Below, piece after piece: positions 59,392 to 64,000 of a stretch of DNA of 64,000 bases. Origin of the DNA: Squalus acanthias (Eukaryota); contig JASTWF010000340.1 of the NCBI GenBank assembly GCA_030390025.1, positions 1 through 64,000 on the forward strand. The letters are read 5' to 3'. Positions within the stretch are counted from its first letter, which is position 1; each line of letters starts with the position of its first letter. Under the pieces are notes generated by a model. That model was not told the origin of the DNA and did not search any database. It saw nothing but the letters and a program-made list of their open reading frames with translations. The translations under genes were made by a program, and so were the position numbers.

Positions 59392-59840
59392 TCGTTGTGC
59401 GGGGCCCCAGAGCCGACATCTTTGTGCGGGGCTCCAGAGCCGCCATCTTTGTGCGGTGTCCCAGGGCCGCAATTTTTGTGCGGGGCTCCAAAGCAGCCAT
59501 CTTTCTGTCGGGCGCAGGAACCGCAATATTTGTGCAGGGCGCTGGTGCTGCCATCTTTGTTGCGGGGCCCCTGAGCCCCATCTTTGTGCCGGGCCCCGGA
59601 GCCGCTATCTTTGTGCTGGGCCCCAGAGCTGCCATCTTTGTTGAGGAGCCCCTGAGCCGCCATATTTGTGCGGGGCCCCAGAGTCGCCCTCTTTGTGCGG
59701 GGCCCCAGAGACGCCATCTTTGTGCGGGACCCCAGAGCCGCCATATTTGTGCGGGGACCCAGAGCCACCATATTTGTGCGGGGCCCCAGAGCCGCCATCT
59801 TTGTGCGGAGCGCCAGAGATGCCATTTTTGTGCGGGGCAC
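59392..59840. repeat. 27-bp GC-rich minisatellite, about 16-17 copies
   Basis: Unit gccatctttgtgcggggccccagagcc. Confidence 0.95.
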
Positions 59841-59889
59841 CACAATTTCAGGGCCAGTGAACTCTCAACCCTCAGGCTGCAAAGTCTTC

Positions 59890-60792
59890 TCATCCTTTAA
59901 TGAATTTTACAAACAGAGTAAAGGGATATTTCCCCACATTCTTCAACTGCTCTCTGAACTTAGTCTGGGTCACGGCGTAAATCCCAGTGTTTGTGCAGCA
60001 ACTCAGCAGCTGCAGCCCGAATCCCAGTTCCAGTACATAATACGGTAGATATACAGACTCATCCCCCAAATGTAACATCCGGTACCATATAGAAAACACC
60101 ATAAACACTGCCCATAACAGGATGAAATTGCCGGAGATAACAAGCAGTAAAATGATGGATTTCCTGCGGCTCTCCATTTCTGGGTCTCTGGGACACTCCC
60201 CACTGCTAGGACCCCGGAGTCTCCTGCGGGCTCTGCTGGACACTAAAATGTGTCTGACGGTGACAGCATTGAGCAGCAGAATCATCACAAATGCGACACA
60301 CGGGGTGACAATATAATGAAGGAGCTCGATTGTTCCCCAGACCCGTGACATCATAACATCGAATATGGCCTCACAAAACCAGGGGGTGTTCGCAAGCCAA
60401 TACCGATCTGTGAACATAAAATACCAGGTGATGTCCTTTAAACCGCTCAGCACAGTCACTGTTCCCAGAACTACAGTCGCCGTTTTCTCGGTGCAATATT
60501 TAGTTTTCAGCTTCTGGCAACAAATGGCCACAAATCGATCAAAGGTGAAAGTGACGGTGAACCAGACAGAACAGTCTGTGGCTGCGAACAGCAGGACGGC
60601 GTGGATATTACACACGGGATGGACCGCACGAAATAAAACTGTTCCCAATAAACAATCGGAATGTGCCTCAATATCAGGTCGAGGATAACGACCAGTAGAT
60701 CCGCCGCTGCCATGGCCAACAGGTAGCGAGTGACACATTTGGAGAGACCACACTTTCCCCGAGACAGGATCACAATCGTCACTAAGTTCACT
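59890..60792 (-). pseudogene. Class A GPCR, GPR139/GPR142-like, main coding exon with a 1-bp frameshift near 60617
   Basis: Acceptor tttcccttcctcacag; NLVTIVILSRGKCGLSKCVTRYLLAMAAADLL (TM1-2), DCSVWFTVTFTFDRFVAIC (TM3), RRKSIILL (TM6), CCTNTGIYAVTQTKFR (TM7), split over ORFs 60507-60791 and 59890-60753. Confidence 0.88.
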
Positions 60793-62462
60793 GTGAGGAA
60801 GGGAAATAAACAGGGAAATTATTCATCAGGCTGGGAGCAAAAGCAGCAGTTTGAGGGAATTCGGGGTGAAATCTGCAACTCACGAGCCACATTGAATGAT
60901 ATAATCTAATCCTATTAACTATGGAGCTGAATACAGGGCTTATTACAAGAATAATCGGGAATACATTGTGGAATCAATAAATGAAATGGGAATAAATACA
61001 ACATGAAAGTAACAGATGTTTGATCAATAAAAGATTAAATGATAGATCTATTTTTGGCCAAGCAGACAAAAGCACCGCCCGAGGTACCAGGGACACAAAG
61101 AACCGCATCCTCTCAGTAAGCCTTCGTGACCCGGGATCAGTCAGCATTTCGAGCGGTGCAGTTCGCTTCTGTGCCCCTGTGTTAGGGAGGGGGAAATCCC
61201 GCTTGGATTCCTGCTCTTGGTTAGAATATCCATTCTATTTAGAACTGAAAATGAATGCAACAGCAAAATACAGAAACTGCAACCTTGGCATGCAATAATT
61301 ACAGGCAATTTTATATAAAATGTACGGATGTAATACCACAATGCTAAAATATTAAATACAAGTGCACTGCAGTTATAAAGATAACTGGGCTGTCAGATAT
61401 GTTTTGGAGATTGAGTTTACTGCATTTTTGTTGAAATACACAAATTCTAGCTCATTGAAAGGAAGATTTGCCAAGTAAAATTGCAAATAATGGCCTCTGA
61501 ATTAAAATAAATAGTGCTGATTGAACAGGTAATGTCCCACTAAATGCTTTTAGCAGTATCGAAATAAGCCGACTTAACCCACAGGCAAAGTGCCGCCAAA
61601 TGCTGCTGTAAAGTATCTGAACACAAATGGAAGAGATTTATCCTTGTACTCTTTCAGCTGTTCTTTCCAACTTGTGCAGAGAATATTAGACGAGAAGACA
61701 TCAAAGGATTTTCTTATGCTCAGTACTTCAGTTACAATCAGCTGGGATTGTTTATCCTGAAGTGCAGCAGGAGGCAATAGAGAATCACTCTGGGTCACAC
61801 CGAGAGATCCACTGTACTGTGACAGACGGGCATGGGATCCAATTGCAAATTCAAAACAATGATCAGAAAGAAATGTATTGAAATCTGGCTGAATGAAAGT
61901 TTTGTGAGAATGTAAATTATCCTTGTAATCCTACTTTAGCCATCAGAAGCAGTGCCAATAATGCAGAACTGGAGAGTGTGGGAAAGGAGACACTGACTGG
62001 AACTGAATGATTAGCGGATATTTCAGGCATTTAAAGATGTGGATGTGATCTGCCACAATTTGTTCCTGTGACTCTGTAAGTAACCATACCGAGCATTAGG
62101 TGAAAACAAAAGCAAATAACTGCGGATACTGGAAATCTGAAATGAAAACAGAAAATGGTGGAAATACTCAGCGGGTCAGACAGCATCTGTGGAGAGAGAG
62201 AGAAACAGAGTTAACATTTCAGGTCGATGGCCTTTCGCCATTAGGTGAAAAGTCTCCTAAACCAAGACAGCATTCTTCTGACCTGATACAAATGTTCAGT
62301 GTCGGTAGCAGACTGATATTGGTTAAATAAAGTGTCACTTCCAATAAATTTACTTGAGTTGAACATTTGAATCTTGGTAAAACGAAATCACCTTCAGAAT
62401 CAATAGCTGACAGTAGCGCGGATGGGATGGGGAACGACAAAGACAGAAACACAGATAATCAT

Positions 62463-64000
62463 GGGGGAAAATTGGTTGATTAGCACCTCCCCTGAGCACC
62501 TTCGGGGGTGGGGAAGGGGTAACGGGGCGATTGGAGCTTAGCGTACGAGCGCGGCTATTTTAGGGCCGCTCACGAAATTGACCAGCCATTTTGCGCTGGC
62601 ACTAAACACTGCCGCCACGATCTCCTGCGCCGACAAATCGTGACATCAGTCGAGTTTGCAATGCCCTGGTAGCGTCCCGGACTGAAAATTGAGTCGCGTC
62701 CCCTGCCTTAGCGCCTGCCGCTAGGAACGCCACATAGATGGGGAATGTTTTCAAGTCGGGAATGGGCTGGGGAAGCGCTATTTAAAGGCGGTTGCCTCCT
62801 GCCGTTTCTTGTCAGCAACATTTTTGTTAGATGCAGGTTGAGAGGCGTCTGGAGAGATTCGACGCTGACCGAAGGAGTTTTGGGTCCTGAGCACCAATTT
62901 GGAGGTTCATTTTTATTTCACCTTCTAACGATATTTAGAAGCTTCGATAGGGGCTTCACTAACTTGGGGCGTGTTCGTCGTCCAGCTTCACCTTTGGAGA
63001 CAGCAGGGGCGGAGAGAGAGAGTGGCAAACGCGACCAGAGGGAGGAGGGCCATCATGAGACCTTACGCTCCCAGGGTATTCAGGGAGCAATTCTCCTCCT
63101 ATATCCATTTGTCTGAGGAGCAGTGTTTCCAATGGCTGCGCTTCAGCAAGGAGGTGGTCACTGAGCTCTGCCACCTCCTGCAACCAGATCTGCAGCCTCA
63201 GCTCAGGACCAGGACGTCTCTGTCGATGGCAGTGAAGGTGACAGTGGCTCTGAATTTCTAAGTCAGCGGTTCCTTTCAGGCTTCTACTGGGGACATAGTG
63301 AATATCTCCCAGTTCGCTGTTCATGTTGCATCTGAGTGTGACAAAGGCTTTGTATAAGAGGAGACGCCAGTACATCTCTTCCCATGACCCAGGACAAACA
63401 GCGCGAACACGCATGTGGCTTTACGAGAATAGCGGGCTTCCCCATGGTTCAGAGTTACTTTCACTGCATGCATGTGGCATTTTGGGAATCTCATCAGAAT
63501 GTAGAGGTGTTCCGAAACCACAAGGGCTTCCACTCTTTGAATGTCCAGTTGCTCTGTGACCACAGACAGCTCATACTCGCCGTCAATGCCCGCCATCATG
63601 GCAGCAGCGACAACACTTTTATCCTGCGCCAAACCTCTTCCTACCATCGTGTCAACCTAGTGGATGGCACCTCGGGGACAAGGGTTATCCACTCTGCACC
63701 TGGCTGATGACACCGCTGCCTAACCCCAACACCCCTGCCGAGTGGCAATACAATGAGAGCCATAGTGCCAACAGAAATCTCATAGAGCAGACGGTCGGCA
63801 TCTTCCAACAACGGTTCCGGTGTCTGGACCACTCAGGAAGAGCCCTGCAGTAATCTCCCGAGCGATTTTCCCTCTTCATTGTTGTGTCCTACATGCTTCA
63901 TAACATGGCAATCATGAGGAACCAGCCATTGCCACCAGGGATTGCTGCACCACCTGAGGAGGAGGAGGAAGAGCGAGAGGAGGAGGAGGAGGAGAATCAG
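62463..64000 (+). mobile_element. PIF/Harbinger DNA transposon with decayed transposase; runs off the window
   Basis: [75 protein letters not shown]; several stops and frameshifts; left end gggggaaaattgg is tentative. Confidence 0.9.

Noticed and set aside
59158..59900. Repeat-protein ORFs on both strands
   Set aside because: A 27-bp stop-free GC-rich unit opens most frames; no independent coding evidence.
62383..62455. First exon of the GPCR (ALLSAIDSE + phase-1 donor gtgatt)
   Set aside because: The phase fits but the peptide does not resemble the expected TM1 start and there is no ATG; unsupported.
1..64000. Prokaryotic RT systems (retron, DGR, group II intron)
   Set aside because: Every RT here carries CR1/L2, Penelope or retroviral signature motifs and termini.

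Overview
Eukaryotic, repeat-dominated window, most likely from a cartilaginous fish (shark). This is inferred from the CR1 families, a 67-bp satellite and a GPR139/142-like receptor. Contents: about a dozen CR1 LINE copies, one full-length with intact ORF1 and ORF2 (35650-40134); an apparently intact Penelope-like element (RT + GIY-YIG) with pseudo-LTRs, a 5' inversion and minimal hammerhead ribozymes (5942-9981); a decayed endogenous retrovirus-like provirus on the minus strand (about 12590-19635); a Harbinger transposase pseudogene; a frameshifted GPCR exon; several mini/satellites; and direct and inverted segmental duplications. The most interesting object is the provirus. It has a CCHC gag, a gag-UGA-CGG-pol junction followed by a predicted pseudoknot, two RNase H domains, and an env with its own splice acceptor, a signal peptide, an RQK(R) furin site and a paramyxo/pneumovirus-F-like layout. 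This is the architecture described for lokiretroviruses. No prokaryotic systems or CRISPR arrays are supported. Boundaries were read by eye and are approximate unless tied to a quoted motif.
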